Source: Chara braunii
Taxonomy: Eukaryota; Plantae; Charophyceae
Reading direction: 5' to 3'
DNA: 64,000 bases
NCBI GenBank assembly: GCA_003427395.1
Contig: BFEA01000017.1
Span: 1,595,868-1,659,867, forward strand
Below, in pieces: positions 26,938-40,429 of the stretch. How positions within the stretch are numbered: the stretch's first letter is position 1; each line of letters opens with the position of its first letter. A model generated the notes under the pieces. That model worked only from the letters and a program-made list of their open reading frames with translations. It did no database searches and was not told where the DNA came from. A program made the position numbers and the translations under genes.

Positions 26938-26949
26938 TGGTATCAGAGC
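26938..26949 (+). promoter_or_regulatory. Primer-binding site complementary to initiator tRNA-Met
   Basis: TGGTATCAGAGC directly after ...CA-C. Confidence 0.92.
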
Positions 26950-28314
26950 GGGAACGTTCCCCGCTCCCACCCACCACACCGCATAGCAGAAAAAACTGCA
27001 AAACCCAACAGTGGGTTTTTTGGCTGTTTTTCGGGCGGTTTTCCACGAAAACAACGGGAAAAAAAGGTTAGGAAAAGGTGCAGCAGCAAGGAGTGTCGCG
27101 TGGTGAGAAAAGACAAGCAGTGTCACGGCGCATGAGCGCAAGCGCCAACGCCAAGGCCAACACACACACACACACACGCGCCACGTGCCCCGCTGCCTCG
27201 TCCCACCCTCGCTTCGCTCCCATATTATTTATTATTCAAGATCCAGGATATAGCAGCTACCAGGGTTTGAACCTGGGCAGCTACTGGCCATGCGCGTGCG
27301 TAGCCACCTCTATAACACACTGGCCACAGTGTGTGCATGGCCTACTAAGGCGGCATGCTCATGTTGAAGACGTGCCGTGCCAGTTATTTACCCCCCCCCC
27401 CGGTCGAGCAGCGGTCAGCACAACAACAGCGGGCAGGCAACTATTTCTCCCCCCCCCACTGCAGTGGAGAGACACCGGGCTGCCGCTGCCTGTGCCCGTG
27501 GCCATCTGCAGTGCCACGTGGCAGCCTGCTGTGGACCGTGAAGACCCCCTGATCAGGGGCTGCTCTACAGTGGTGAGGGTCTGCTCACACAACACACCTT
27601 GGATCTGCAGTGCTGCTGCTAGGGGCTGATCAAGATCCCAGCCCCCTCCCTCCTCCAGTTGGCTTGCTGCAGTGAAGGCCAAGACCCTACTGGTCTTGGT
27701 ATACCTTGTGCCCTTCGAGACACCAAGGGCCAGGTGTCACCTCTCTCTTCCCTCCCCCGTACTAATTCACTTTCTCTACCTTTTATCTCTCCTCTTACTC
27801 ACCCCCTCTACTTCTTCCTCTTCTACCTCACTCAGTTCCTTCTAATCACTCTCACTACTCATACCCCTCTCCCCACCCCACCTTTTCTCCCACCACCCAC
27901 TATTTTACTCTATTTTATTTATTTATTTTCTTTTTTTTTCTCCTCTTTTCTCTTTGCTTATTGATTCCTCTCCACCTTTCTCATCCCTTTCTCTCTCATT
28001 CGCTCACCCTCCTCTCCCCCAACAACAACCCCATCTCCCCCTTCACTCTTTTTCTCTTTTTCACCTATTTCTCTCTTTTCTCCTTCACTTTTTCATCCCC
28101 CTTCCCCCCAACTTTGAAATTTTTCTGTTTTCTTTTTTTATCTTTCTTTTTTTATCTTTCTTTTGATTTATATTTCCTTTTTTTTCTTAAAATTCGAATT
28201 ATCTTATTACCCACTTTTTTTTCTCATTTTCTGATTTATTTCATTTTTTTTTTTTTTATTCTGAAAATTTGAATTACTTTGCAGCACTTAATTTCTCTTC
28301 ACCTCCTCATCTAC

Positions 28315-28345
<31 letters not shown>

Positions 28346-28899
28346 TTATTTCTTTATTTATTTTCTGAAATTTTAATTTGCAGCATTTTGAAACTTAGTG
28401 TGTTTATCTTGGTCTCTCCTTTCCCTTGGCACGTTCTTGACCCCATGGGGGGCAAGGAAATGTTGCCGAAAATTTCAAAAAGATAAATATTATTTCTCTC
28501 TTCACATTTTGTTTCCTTATTTCTTTAATTATTTTTATTATCTATTTATTTATTTATTTCTCTCGAAATTTTATTGTTTATTTTTTTTTTTCTTCCCTTC
28601 CCCCTCCATGGTTGCTATTCTCTTTTCTTAATTAGGTCACCGATACCCTATCCTAACCACTCAAATCCCAGTTAGGGTTTTCTTAGGGTTTTTCTAGGGT
28701 TTAGGGTTCTTCTTACCCCCTACTTCCCATTTTCATTCGGGCACCCTGGACCCGAGTCACCCTTCCCCCTTTGCGGGCACCTGCGCTCGACTCACTAACG
28801 CCGCTTGTCGCTTTCTACTGCAGAACCCCGCCTATGCCCTCCGCTCACGCGGACCTCCTCCGGCCCCCTCCAATCCGGCCCGTCACCTCCCCATGGTCG

Positions 28900-30440
28900 A
28901 CGACGTGTCATAAGGCGCTGACGCGGCGACGACATCGGCACCCGGCTCCATACCCGTGTCTGCGGACCAGGGTCATCAACCCCAGGGGGATCTGCACACC
29001 CTCCTCACCTCCCTCCTTGCGCCCTTACAGGCGTAGGTGGCGACTCTTGCCGCTGGTCTGCGGGAACTCCAGGACGCTGGTCGTCCTTCCTCTCCCCACT
29101 CTCTCTCTTACCCTGGCTCCCAGTCCGGGTCCTCTGTCCTCCGACATGGTGGCCAAGGCGGAGCTTCCTCCTCCGCTACCCCCGACCCGGCCATCGTGGT
29201 GACCGTCCACACTCCTAGCGCGACGACCGCCACGGGTCAGGCCTTCCCTCACCCTACGGACACACCCGCCCAGATTCCGGTCACTACGGCCACGGGACCA
29301 CAACCCTCTGTCGCGTTCTCAGCTTTTCCGGATGCCCCGCTTCTCCCTCCCCTTCGCACAACCACAATGTCACCTGGCTCTACCCCTCATGGGATGCCCC
29401 GCGCTGCTCGTGCGTCCACTTCCCCCACTCTTCCTTCTACCACTCCTCGTGCGATCTACGTTCGGCGTCTCGAGGACGAGTTTGCCCAGACTCGGGCCGA
29501 CCTCGCCCTCTTACGCCTTCAACCACCCCTACTCTTACAGGTGGCCGCGCCTTCGGGCGCACCCCCTTCTTCCTTTACTCTTTCATTCATGCAGGCTCAC
29601 TTCCCCCGCCCTGCACCCCTCCACCCCATCCTACCTCCTTCCTACTCCCTCAGTTGTTGCGACCTCTTCTACCACAGCTCCCTCGCAGCCTGCCGCTGTT
29701 TCCCTCGCCGCTCCACCATGAGGCTCGGACATACAATCAGTTGCGCCCCCTTCTCGAGGACCTGCGCCGACTTACTCGGTCGTAGCGCAGGTCTCTGCTC
29801 CCCGATCTCCTCGCCGCCGAAACATTGGTGCACCACTCGTCCACTTGATGGACATTGTCTTGTATGACGGTACGGGGATACGCGTGTCTCGGTCGCTGCA
29901 GTCTGCCACCCACGCTCCAGCTCATGGGCGTCCCACCCGGCATGTGGGTGGCTCACCTCTCCACTCGCCTGCACGGCGGTCCTTTCGACGCCTGGGAAGA
30001 TTTCTACACTCACCCCCTTCATGAGGGTCGGACCCCGACCTTCATGGATTTTCAGGCGCTCCTCGAGGATCGCTTCGGAGCCCGACATGACGTGACTGAC
30101 TTCGTCGAGCGTGTCGTCACTACACGCTGGTCCGGCTCTGGTGGTGCTACCGGCCTCGACCGCCACGTCCTGGTCTTTCAGGACGCCCGCCTCATTTGTG
30201 ATGTAGCGTTCCTCCCCGAGGCTGCCCTTATTGATCGCTTCTTGGACAGCCTTCCCCTTGATTACCGCTCTCAGTTATGGCGGTATGACTTCACATCGGC
30301 CTCGCAGGCTACGAGGCCGCCAAGGCTCATGAGCGGATGTGGGTCCGTCTTCACCCCGCTTCCTCCTCCCAGCCCCAACATACAGGCTACGCTCCATCCT
30401 CCTCTTACGGCGCTTCCCAGCGCCGTTCTCCTTTCAACTG
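28900..30440 (+). pseudogene. gag: gag-like region, frameshifted
   Basis: Position between PBS and protease; Pro/Ser/Thr-rich N-terminal part, then WEDFYTH...FMDFQALLEDRFG...LIDRFLDSLPLDYR resembling a retrotransposon capsid domain. Confidence 0.65.
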
Positions 30441-30774
30441 CCGTTTCGTCAAAATATACATCTTTTATTTTTTGAACGAAATTGAAACCGAGTTTTTTGG
30501 CGGAAAACTCGCCGAAATTTGTTGTTCCTGAGGGTCCAGCGTTTGTAAAATGCTGGACCCCCTGGCTGTACATGGACCTAGCTTGAGACCAGGTACCTTT
30601 AGGCAGTCCTGTCTGGAGGTGCCTGGCCTCAAGCTAGGTCCATGTACAGCGAGGGGGTTCAGCGTTTGTAAAACGCTGGACCCTCAGGAACAACAAATTT
30701 TGAAGAGTTTTCAGCCAAAAAACTCGGTTTCAATTTCGTTCAAAAAATAAAAAATGTCCATTTTGACGAAATGG
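30441..30774. repeat. 334-bp near-perfect palindrome (foldback) inside the Gypsy element
   Basis: Arms of ~165 bp pair around a centre at 30607/30608, e.g. TTTTTTGAACGAAATTGAAACCGAGTTTTTTGGC with GCCAAAAAACTCGGTTTCAATTTCGTTCAAAAAA. Confidence 0.95.
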
Positions 30775-31599
30775 TCGTTTTTCCACGGTTTTCCCCGCCG
30801 TACCGCGCAGCAGGGCCACCACTTCTCGCGCCGCTTCAGCGCGCTCGAGTATGGTGAGCGGGACGTTGTTGCCCCATTGTCGCCTGAGGGTGACCATAGT
30901 AGCGACGAGTCGACGACCTCGACCTCTGTGAGGCCATCCACTACCACCTAGAGGACTCTACCCTCCCTATAGTCGAGCGTTTATAACTCGCCCTCTCCAC
31001 CCTCTCCTGGGCACGCAGCCGCTCTGGTCACGCTGGCGCATCGCCCCCTGAGGTCCCTCAGCAAGACCTCCCTCATGTCTTTGTCCCTCCTCACGGTGTC
31101 TTTTCCGCTGAGGAGCGCACGGGCATTTTGGGACGGTGTGGGTGTTTGCACTGCCGCCAAGACGGTCATACCTCCTCGCGGTGCGCTTACACCGCCGCCC
31201 TCGACCGCCACTACGCTGAGCTCTCTCTCCAGCGTCGTGCTTAGTCCCCCCCCGGCGCCTCGCATCCCCGCGGCGTCTCCTAACCACGGTGCAGTCTACA
31301 CCTGCGCCCTCCTCAGTAGTCAGCTTCCCGACATCTCCGTCGCGGTTTGCCCCTCTCGCTACTGGAGTTGAGGTATCGCAGGACCCGATAGAGTGTACTC
31401 ATCCCTCTGTCGCAATGCCGTTTGCGCCTTCGCAGACCACCGTGTCCCCTCCTACCTCGTTGCGACTACCGACACGTCGAGCCACTCGGTCCGCCCGTTG
31501 CAGCGAGCATCTTGCGACTCGCAAGGACGTTGTGTTCTCCCTTTTGGACTTGAGCATGCTCCAGTCTCGTCAGGAGCAACTCACCCTCCATGTCGCTGC

Positions 31600-34500
31600 A
31601 CTGCGTCACCTTCTCACCATTCTCTCTGACCCTGATCGCACCCTCCCGATCATTCCAGTACGACTCGGGACCCCCACGAGGGTGTACTCTGCGTTGTAGG
31701 ATTCCGGTTCTTAGGGCGACTTCACCCACGTGTGGTGAAAGAAGCCCGCTTACCCACAACAGGGTCTTCGACTCCCATCTCCGTCATCCTAGGGGATGAC
31801 AAGACCCAGAGCTTCTTCGATCAGACGGTCACCGACCTCCCTTTCTTCATCACTATCGAGCCGACTGATCGTCCCCCGGCGTCTCGTCGCCACCGCTCCT
31901 CTGCACATTTCGATGTGATGGAGACAGGGTACAATTTCATTCTCGGTACTCCGTGGTCTCGTCAGTTCCGCAGCACCGAGGCTGATTGGGCAACCAACAC
32001 TCTCGTTCTCAGAACGAAGTGTGGACAGATGTACTCTGTACCTTGCGACACCACGGCCCGATCCACCTCCCCTGGAGCCTCGTGCCCACACGATCTCCGA
32101 CTATCACCGTCACCTCGCCTCGGCATTTCGCCCACTTCATCCGACAGGACGACGTCACCTTCTTTACGGTGAACATTACGGATCTCTTGCACTATGATCC
32201 AACCTATCCAGACACCGAGCTCATCTCTCTGGAGCCAGATCCTCCTTCTATCTTCATGACCTCCATCTCTACTTCCCTCCCTCCGTCGTCTGTCGAGTCG
32301 ACCCCACCGTCGCGCCCTGATGTTGACGCTGAGGAACTCGCACGCTATACGGTCGACCTAAAGCCCGCAGTTCGTGACCACATTCGAGAGTACCACGACA
32401 TTTTCCCATCGTCGTTCTCCTACGCCGGCATCCCACCGATGTGCGACGTCGAGCATTCCATCCAGCTTGTGCCTGACTATCGTGTTCACCACCAGACACC
32501 CTACAGACTCTCGATCCCCGAGGTCACCGAACTCACGCGTCAGTTTGAGGAGCTCCTGAGACTGGGTTTCATTAAACCCAGCAACTCCCCGTGGCGTGCA
32601 CCCGTCCTTTTTGCTCGCAAAGCGGATGGAACTCTCCGTCTCTACATCGATTATTGTGGGCTCAACCACTACACGCTTAAGAAGAGCTACCCCATGCCTC
32701 GTTCCGACGAGCTGTTCGACCGCCTAGCAGGCAACCGCTTCTTTACGAAGATTGATCTTCATTACGAAGATTGATCTTCGTAGCGATTACCATCAGATCC
32801 ACGTCGCTGCAACAGACCGGCCGAAGACAGCGTTCCGATCGCGCTTCGGCCACTATGAGTTTACGGTGATGTCATTCGGCCCCACCAATGCACCCGCTAC
32901 CTTCCAGAGGGCGATGAATGACATCTTCGGGGACATCCTGGAGCAGTACGTTCTCGTTTACCTCGACGATATCTTGATCTACATTCGTACCCTTGAGGAG
33001 CATCTCAAACACCTCAGCGACGTCCTTGACCGCTTGCATCGACATGGTTTTTACGCCATGCTGAGCAAGTGCCGCTTTGCCCAGCACAAAGTGGATTTCT
33101 TAGGACACTATATGTCTGATCAGGGTCTCCATATGGACGACGCGAAGATCACTGCTATTGCGGAGTGGCCCGTCCCCACATCCGCCAAGCAGCTTCACAG
33201 CTTCCTAGGCCTCACTAGCTACTATAGTAATTCCATCCAGGGATACGCTAGGTATTCCTACGTCCTTATCTTCACCCTCCTCCGGAAGAACCCGCCATGG
33301 GCTTGGACACCCTTCCACGAGAACGCCCTCCGCGCCCTCAAGAAGGCGCTGACATGTGCACCGGTTTTTCACCTACCCAATTTTGATCGCTATTTGATCC
33401 TTACCACCGATGCGTCGGACTTTGTTGTAGGAGCAATGCTTTCTCATATTTTCCCTTCTCTCCTAATTCCTATCATCCTTGCATCTCTCGCTTCCCACCC
33501 CCTACCCCTACCACTGCTTCCCGCCTGACGCCTACTAGTCCCGCTACTGACAAGTCTTCTATTGACTATTCTCCTACCATCGCCGAGGACGGTACTGTCG
33601 AGTCTCGCTCAGGTGATTGTCCGATAGTCTTCTACTCCTGTCAGCTCCTGCCCGCCGAGATAAACTACACCGCTGATGAACGTGAGGTTCTCGCAGTAGT
33701 TTATGCTACTCGGCACTAGCGTCACTACCTGCACGGGGCACCATTCACGGTGCGCACGAACAACTCTGTTGTCCAGGCTTTTCTGACAAAGTCGAAGCTC
33801 ACTCCTCGACAGGCTCGCTGGTGGCGCGACCTATCCGAGTTTAATTTCACCACTAAGCATATCAAGGGCGAGACCAATCGGGTCGCAAATGCCTTATCCC
33901 GACGCCCTGACCATAACCTGGAGCAAATCCAGCTCGCTGCCATCTCGGTCACCACCGTCTACCACTCGGTGACCGACGAGTTTCGCACTCAGTACCGCCA
34001 CTGCCCCGACTATCACGACATCCATGCGACCCTTCGGAGTGGCAAAACCGTCCCGAACTACTCTCTCGGGGACAACGGTCTTGTGTACTTGCACGGTTCA
34101 CAGGGCACCAGAGAGCCCCGTATTTGTGTTCCCTCCACTGGATAGCTACGTGTCCGGGCAGTAGCAGAGTTCCATGACCAAGCAGCCGCCGGTCATATGG
34201 GCTTCCACAACACATTGGCTCGTGTGAGCCGCCTGTACATCTGGCCGAAGCGCAAGGACTTTGTGAAGAACTACGTCGCAGAGTGTCCCACCTGTCAGGA
34301 GGTGAACAGTATGAACCACTTGCCTTATGGTTTGCTCCAGCCTCTAACTATCCCTGAGGGTCGTTGGGAGTCCATCTCGATGGACTTTCTCAGTCCTCTT
34401 CGTCCTCCGACCCCCCGCGGTCATGATGCTATTGTGGTCGTCGTCGACCACTTCATGAAGCGTACACGCTTTGTTCCGTGCCGCAATGCCATCAATGCAC

Positions 34501-35629
34501 GTGAGGTTGCCAACATCGTGTCTAACCGAGTCGTGCCTGACCACGACTTACCTCAGAGCATCATATCTGACTGTGACTCGCGCTTTACCAGTCACTTCTG
34601 GCGACGGCTCCACTCGGTGTACGGCACCCAGCTCCGCTTCTCCTCTTCTTACCATCCCCAGACTGATAATCAGACCGAGGTCACGAACAGGACTCTCGGA
34701 GATATTCTCCGAAAGATTGTTTGTGACGACCAGCAGTGGGATCTTCATCTTGCCCACGCGGAGATAGCCTACAACCACGCCGTCTCGCCAGCCACGGGGA
34801 CGTCGCCTTACTATTGCAACCTCGGTTATCACCCTCGTGTCCCCGCGGACTTCCTTCGACCATCACAGATGCACCCCGACACGAGTTGTCCCACGCTGGA
34901 TGATTGGGTTGCACACATGACGTCGATCATGAAGACCGCGCATGAGCACATATCCGTTTCCCAGACTCGCATGGCAGCACGTGTGAGCCGATCGAGGATT
35001 CAAAGTCAGTGATGATGTGCTTATCGATGTCCGCCACTTACAGCTCGAAGCGGACACGCTTCGCAAGTTCCAGCGTCACTTTTTTGGCCCATGCTGCATT
35101 TTCCAAGCCGTCGGTTCTGATACGGCTTTGAGCCCGGTCAGCTTCCGTGTGAAGCTGCCCGGCTACCTACGTCAGGCTCGTGTGCACGATGTCTACCACG
35201 TCTCGTTACTGCCTCCCTACCGCAGACCGTCTGAGCGTTTCGTCGGACGACCATACGAGTGGCCTCCACCCATCATGGTGGACGGCCAAGGAGTTCCTCG
35301 TCTCAGACATCATTGGTCGTCGAGTCACCGACGACAACCCTCCTCACGTCGAGTATCTCGTACGTTAGAAGGGTTACCCTGATGAGGAGGCTACTTGGGA
35401 GGCCCTCGAGCACTTGCAGCACGCTCGCATGTTGGTGTGTGCCTATGACCGTGCTCGTCGTGCTGGGTTGACTGCTCCTCCTCAGCCCACTGACCCTCCT
35501 CCTTCTCCGTCGGCTGAGGAGACCGCTGAAGTTGAGCCCGCTTCATCTGAGACAGACCTTCAGCAGCAGCCGGATGCTTCTGAGCGTCCACAGTGCACTC
35601 GTCGTCATCCTGCTCGATACGACAATTGA
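31600..35629 (+). pseudogene. pol: pol polyprotein remnant: aspartic protease, reverse transcriptase, RNase H, integrase, chromodomain
   Basis: PR: SAL*DSGS (~31690) and FILGTPW. RT: [32 protein letters not shown] (~32960). RNase H: TDASD and NYTADEREVLA. INT: GHMG...CPTC, WESISMDF, YHPQTDNQTE. Chromodomain: EYLVR*KGYPDEEATWE (~35350-35400). Confidence 0.96.
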
Positions 35630-36299
35630 CTCTTACTCATCTTCCCACATCTTTGACTTCTCATTACTCCATCCACTCCAGTTTCGCTATTTAAGCTCAT
35701 CGACGTTGCAGCTCTTCCTCGACGGCATTTCAGACTTCTCATCATGGACGACATCGGCAGCTTCACGGCCTTCGTCGCGATCAGCTCTGCCTACTTAGAC
35801 GTCGTCACTCTATTACCACCTTACCCTGTACAGTACCCTGGTTGTGTCGCATGATGGTCTCCCTTCGCCGGGTTCCTCTGAGTTGGTCTCTCCCTTGGTA
35901 TACGCATAGGGATCGGGACCGTAGCGTTGCCCTCGCTTCCCAACTTACGGATCCAACTCCAACTTCCCCCACCTTAGGAGTCATTTGCATGATTCTCTTA
36001 CCCATCACTTTTCTACCCTCTGTCGGCCCTCGCACCCTAGTTAGGCAGCCTTGCATGCTTCATCTAGGTGCACCCGGTATACCAGGCTCCCTTATTCCCT
36101 TGCATGGTCGACCCTTCATAGCTGCCACCCCTTTACTCGAGCATTACCCGCCCTGATGGTCTATCTGTTAGGGTCATTGGTTATGTTCGCTCCCAATTCC
36201 CTACCCTCATTGAGCCTGATGACATGTGTCTCCCTGTCATTATGGGTGGATGCCCTTAGGAGTTTATCGACCCCTAGGCTGCATTCACCACCCTCAGAG

Positions 36300-36753
36300 A
36301 CCATCCCCTGCCATAATAATCGGGATGCCAACTGGAAGGAAGCCTTTAATATGCTCAAAGAATTGTTGTTTTTTTATTACTTCATTTGGGCCATATACAC
36401 ACAATATTGTTACTATCTCTAGTTCCAACATTGCTAATATATTATATATAGACCCATTTTTCTTCTTCCTTGTCTTCAGCCCAATGTACTGGCTCTATCC
36501 TTGAACCAGGAGGTATCCAAATGGCCACCCCTGAGCTACCTGGTCTCAGGGCATGAGCTTTGAAGGCCCTATGGGGCCAGATTTGTTTACGGGTATGGTT
36601 ATGATCTGGGTTATCCATAAGATGAGTTTCCTGGATGCATATTGCATCAGGCCAATCCCTGTCATCTACCCCTTTTAATTGCTCATATATGGTCTGACGT
36701 TTTGCCTGTTTGGCTAATGCTAATCCATTTACGTTGAGTGATCGAAGATCCAA
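36300..36753 (-). pseudogene. LINE ORF2 N-terminus: APE-type endonuclease, truncated
   Basis: LRSLNVNGL...DAICIQETHL...SSGVAIW, then IPIIMAGD at ~36310, where the sequence abuts the Gypsy 3' region. Confidence 0.88.
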
Positions 36754-36869
36754 ATCTGTCTCTCTTCTTAGCTGTTTTCATTTCTTATCTTTATTGTAAA
36801 AGGCATTTAATATATTAACACCTTCCATCACTTCAAGTTGCTATCCATTTTCACTTGTATGGAGCTTTT

Positions 36870-39730
36870 CTACAAGTTCATCCATTGGGCTGAATCCAAG
36901 GTATCCCGTTCTCCTAACATTTCGTTGAGAAGTATTCTAGATAGCACGACTGTAACATCCGCCTTTGACCAAAAACTACTCTCCTTGATCTTCAACAACT
37001 GAAGTTCCGCAATAGTACCTTGGGACAGCCAGCACAAATTGGCAGTACGGGACTGATCAAATTTGAGATATACATCCCTCAGTGCCATACTTTGAGCTTT
37101 TGTATTCATAATCAGCACTGAAGTACCCCCTGGCGGAAAGTGTTCCAGGAAAAATTCAGCAATTTTTGTCTTAAACCTGGCCATCTCTGACAGCCTTCCC
37201 CCCAAAATACCGGCTACTGTTCCTGGCATGGTTATTTCTCCATGCACTACCCCTTTCGATTCTGACAGACCTATCTCCCACTCCCCCTCCTTTCTTCTTA
37301 CGGGGAGCACCAGGATACCTGGTCTGGAAATCGCCTGTTCTGCATATCCCTTGACCTTGAGTTGCCGTATTTTTTGTCTTTTACTGATCAGTGGTCCTTC
37401 GGGGAGAGGAACTGTGGGGGGCAGAGGAGGTTTTGGATACTGATTCTGCTTTGAGTTCTCCTTTTGACTGTCCCTTTCCTTATTTAGATCCTCCTGTCCC
37501 TCTGTCGTATCATCGTCCTTTGTTATCTTTCCCTTGCCTTGTGAACTTGAGTTGTCCTCCTTGATTATGATTGACAATTCTGGAGAGGGGTCAGAAGGAT
37601 CCTACCCACCCATTGTGCTCGTGCTGGAGTTATTCTGCTTGTGTGGTTCCCCTCTTCTTGCTGCCTTTTTTCAGACCACTGCGGAGACCCATTGTTTGCT
37701 GTCAGATCGGGGCACGGGACTGACTGATAGGTAAGCAGTAAAACCTTGTTTTCTACACCTTTCCCTCCTTCCCCACTCCCTTCCTTTTGATGTTTTTGCT
37801 GAAGGGGAGACTGTACTGAGATCTGGTCTGAGTTTCGAGTGGCTGATACCTGAAGAATCTGTTGTGATTTATTTTCTTTTTGCTGCTCAACAGCCTGATC
37901 TGTAAAAGGGACGGGACTAGTGCCTTGCTGTGGTTTTCCTATGTGAGTTGGCAGTGGACTGAATTTCTGCCGCTGTGACATTCCTTCTCTGTCATCAGTC
38001 GACGACCTCTTATTCTGATCCATACACAGAGCCATTTCACTCTGAGGCAGTTCAAGGATTATATGCGGGTCTGTGCTCTCGGATTCTTGAGACTGGTAAT
38101 CCCACTCCATTAAAGATGATCTTTTAGTGATCTCCCTTGACTGCTCCCCTGAATGCGAGAGCAGTATGAATTTTCTTTCCCCCGTGATCAGTGAGACCAC
38201 TTCCTTCAATTTCACCCCTTCAACAGGACCTAGGTTACTACTGGGAGATTGTTGTGTCATTGCTGACCCTTCGGACAGACCTCCCAGTCGCTGCATTGAG
38301 GAAGGGAGCAATTTTGTCACCAATTCTGAGAAAGATTTTGTTAATTTGCCTTTTGTGGCGCTGCTATTTTTTGTCACTTGCCCTGTATCGATGACTTCTG
38401 CATTGGATTCTGCATTGGTGAGTATAGTTTTCTCTTTTACCAAATGACCTTGCTCTCCCTCATTTTGTCTTAATTGATCTGTAGTAATTTGGTTGTCTCG
38501 AAGGAGTTATTGCTGGTGGGACAAAGGCTGAAATCTGGCTATCACTACTGGCAGCAGTCGATAAAGGACCTGCTGCCAGCTAACTCCCTCTGGCAGGCCA
38601 TTACCCAGTACAATTCTCAGACTTTCACTAGTTTCCAAAAGGGGGACCAGATCCCGGTAAGAGGTGTCCCAGAACTCTTCAGATAGGCCTGTGTATTTTA
38701 CTCTTAGACTGTCCAGAAGCCAATCCGCAATGGTTGCCAAATCCACCCTCTGGCCCACCTCTTTCTCATTCTGCTTCACTACTGCAGTGATATCCGGGGG
38801 GGGGGGTGCCCTTGGGATATGATCCAGTCCCATGGGCTCGGGCCCAAAAGCATCCTTTAGTGCGTCAATCTCCATGGGGATCGGGCTTGTGGTTTTGACA
38901 GTCTGTGAAAGTTTTTTTCCCCCTTGAGATCTGTTCTGTTTTTCCCCCAGATCTTGCTGTTTCGAAGACGAGGAAGAAGCCTGGGCACTATGAACGTGTG
39001 CCTGAGATTTTCCTGTGTTTACAGGCCTGTACGCCATGGAGGCAGACTTACTTGACGTAGGAAGGTAAGCTGCTGCCTGTGGACCCACTTGACGGTATTG
39101 CGGCTGTTTTTTTTTTTTTTTAAGCATTTTCGTCTGTTCTTTTTTCTAGGTTCCCATTTGCCACACTTACCTCCTGGGGACCTTGAAGACAATTGTCTCC
39201 CTGACCTCCCTGTCTCATTTGTTCAGTCGTCAAAGAAGAACCAGCAGAGTTGGATGAGCTAACCTCAGCCATCGATCCTGATGAGTTAGCTCCCAAATTT
39301 TGAGCTGCTGCCATGCCTTTTGGCTTGGAGTTCTGTTGACTTTTGTTCAGTCTGTCTAACGGGCCATTGCTATGAGGGATCCACTCCGCTGGTGGTCGAG
39401 AAGAACGGCGAGGATCACCTCTTCCTTCCCAGGTCCAACCACATGGTTGCCCATTTTGGGTTAATTCATCAATATATACCCAGCCCTCGTAGCCTGGGAG
39501 TACCGGCAGCCATCGATTGGGTCTATGCGAATCCCTCCTCAGTTGACCGTCCCTAGTGACAATGTGTTGTGGGTGTTGTGGGCAGGCAGTCTCGGTGCTA
39601 CGACTTGTCCAAGGTTTTTAGTCCCCATGCTCCCATGTTCAGAACCACGGGCAGAGAAGTGCGGGAACGGCGACAAGCAGAGGGAATTACCATCTAGATG
39701 TGATCTCTGCAACTGAAAGATCTTCACCAT
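36870..39730 (-). pseudogene. Probable LINE ORF1 region, fragmented
   Basis: Series of long same-strand ORFs (235, 292, 206 and 64 aa; Q/S/K-rich) directly upstream of the endonuclease ORF; no domain recognised. Confidence 0.55.
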
Positions 39731-40246
39731 ATAATATTATTTGGTCATGCTTCCACTGTGACAGTGCTCGTCACCTCCAGCAATCGCCTGTCTCGTCACA
39801 GTGGAGGAGTTTGCAAAGTATCCAAACAGTTACTCCAGATGATGTTACTTGGTTATTGCCTACTAGATGAATTGACCAAGTATAAATCTAAGACTTGCTA
39901 TGTAATAGGGTCGGATAACTTGGATTGATTCGTGGAGATGCCTTTGAGTCACCATCCATCTTAATCCCTATTGCAAGTGGACAGCCAGGCACTGCAGGCA
40001 GGTGACAACACAAGGAGCAAGGCAGAGCAGGTAGCACTGTCTCAGCTTAGCAAAGGGCGGGCAGGAACATCAAGGCAGTGAGGCAGTCTGCAAGGCAACC
40101 ATTAAAGCACGAGTACATCCAGATATCGGCCGAGGGCGCCTGTCAATGTTTTTTTATCCACGGTGCGTCTGCACTGTGTTTTTTGGATGGCCTCTCGTAG
40201 GCGACGAGTTTCTTTTCAGCAAGGCTGGGGCCGTGTACTAGCAGAC

Positions 40247-40429
40247 TAAACCACTAGTACGTTTGCTGCTTCAGAAATGAGGGAAAACGCCAGCTCCAGA
40301 AGAATTTGAAGCCCGGGCCCGACGACGGTTGCCATTGATAAATCTAATCGGCGGCCGTCCTTTCGTTTTGGCCTCCTGAAAGGTCGGAGGCTCGCTATTT
40401 TCCGAAACGACAAAGCTTCTAGTGGTTTA
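40247..40429. mobile_element. ~183-bp MITE-like element
   Basis: Terminal TAAACCACTAG...CTAGTGGTTTA, extending as an imperfect IR for ~30 bp; superfamily unclear. Confidence 0.55.

Larger units (their letters stand above)
26651..36300 (+). mobile_element. Decayed Ty3/Gypsy LTR retrotransposon (chromovirus type), 3' LTR missing
   Basis: 5' LTR and PBS followed by gag-PR-RT-RNase H-INT-chromodomain order, with many stops and frameshifts. Confidence 0.95.

Noticed and set aside
27250-27330. tRNA gene on the minus strand (GGTTCAAACCC B-box); a similar case at ~13710-13780
   Set aside because: No complete cloverleaf; at most a decayed Pol III-like remnant.
28670-28710. TTAGGG-like motifs as a telomere
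   Set aside because: Only four degenerate copies inside the Gypsy leader; not an array.
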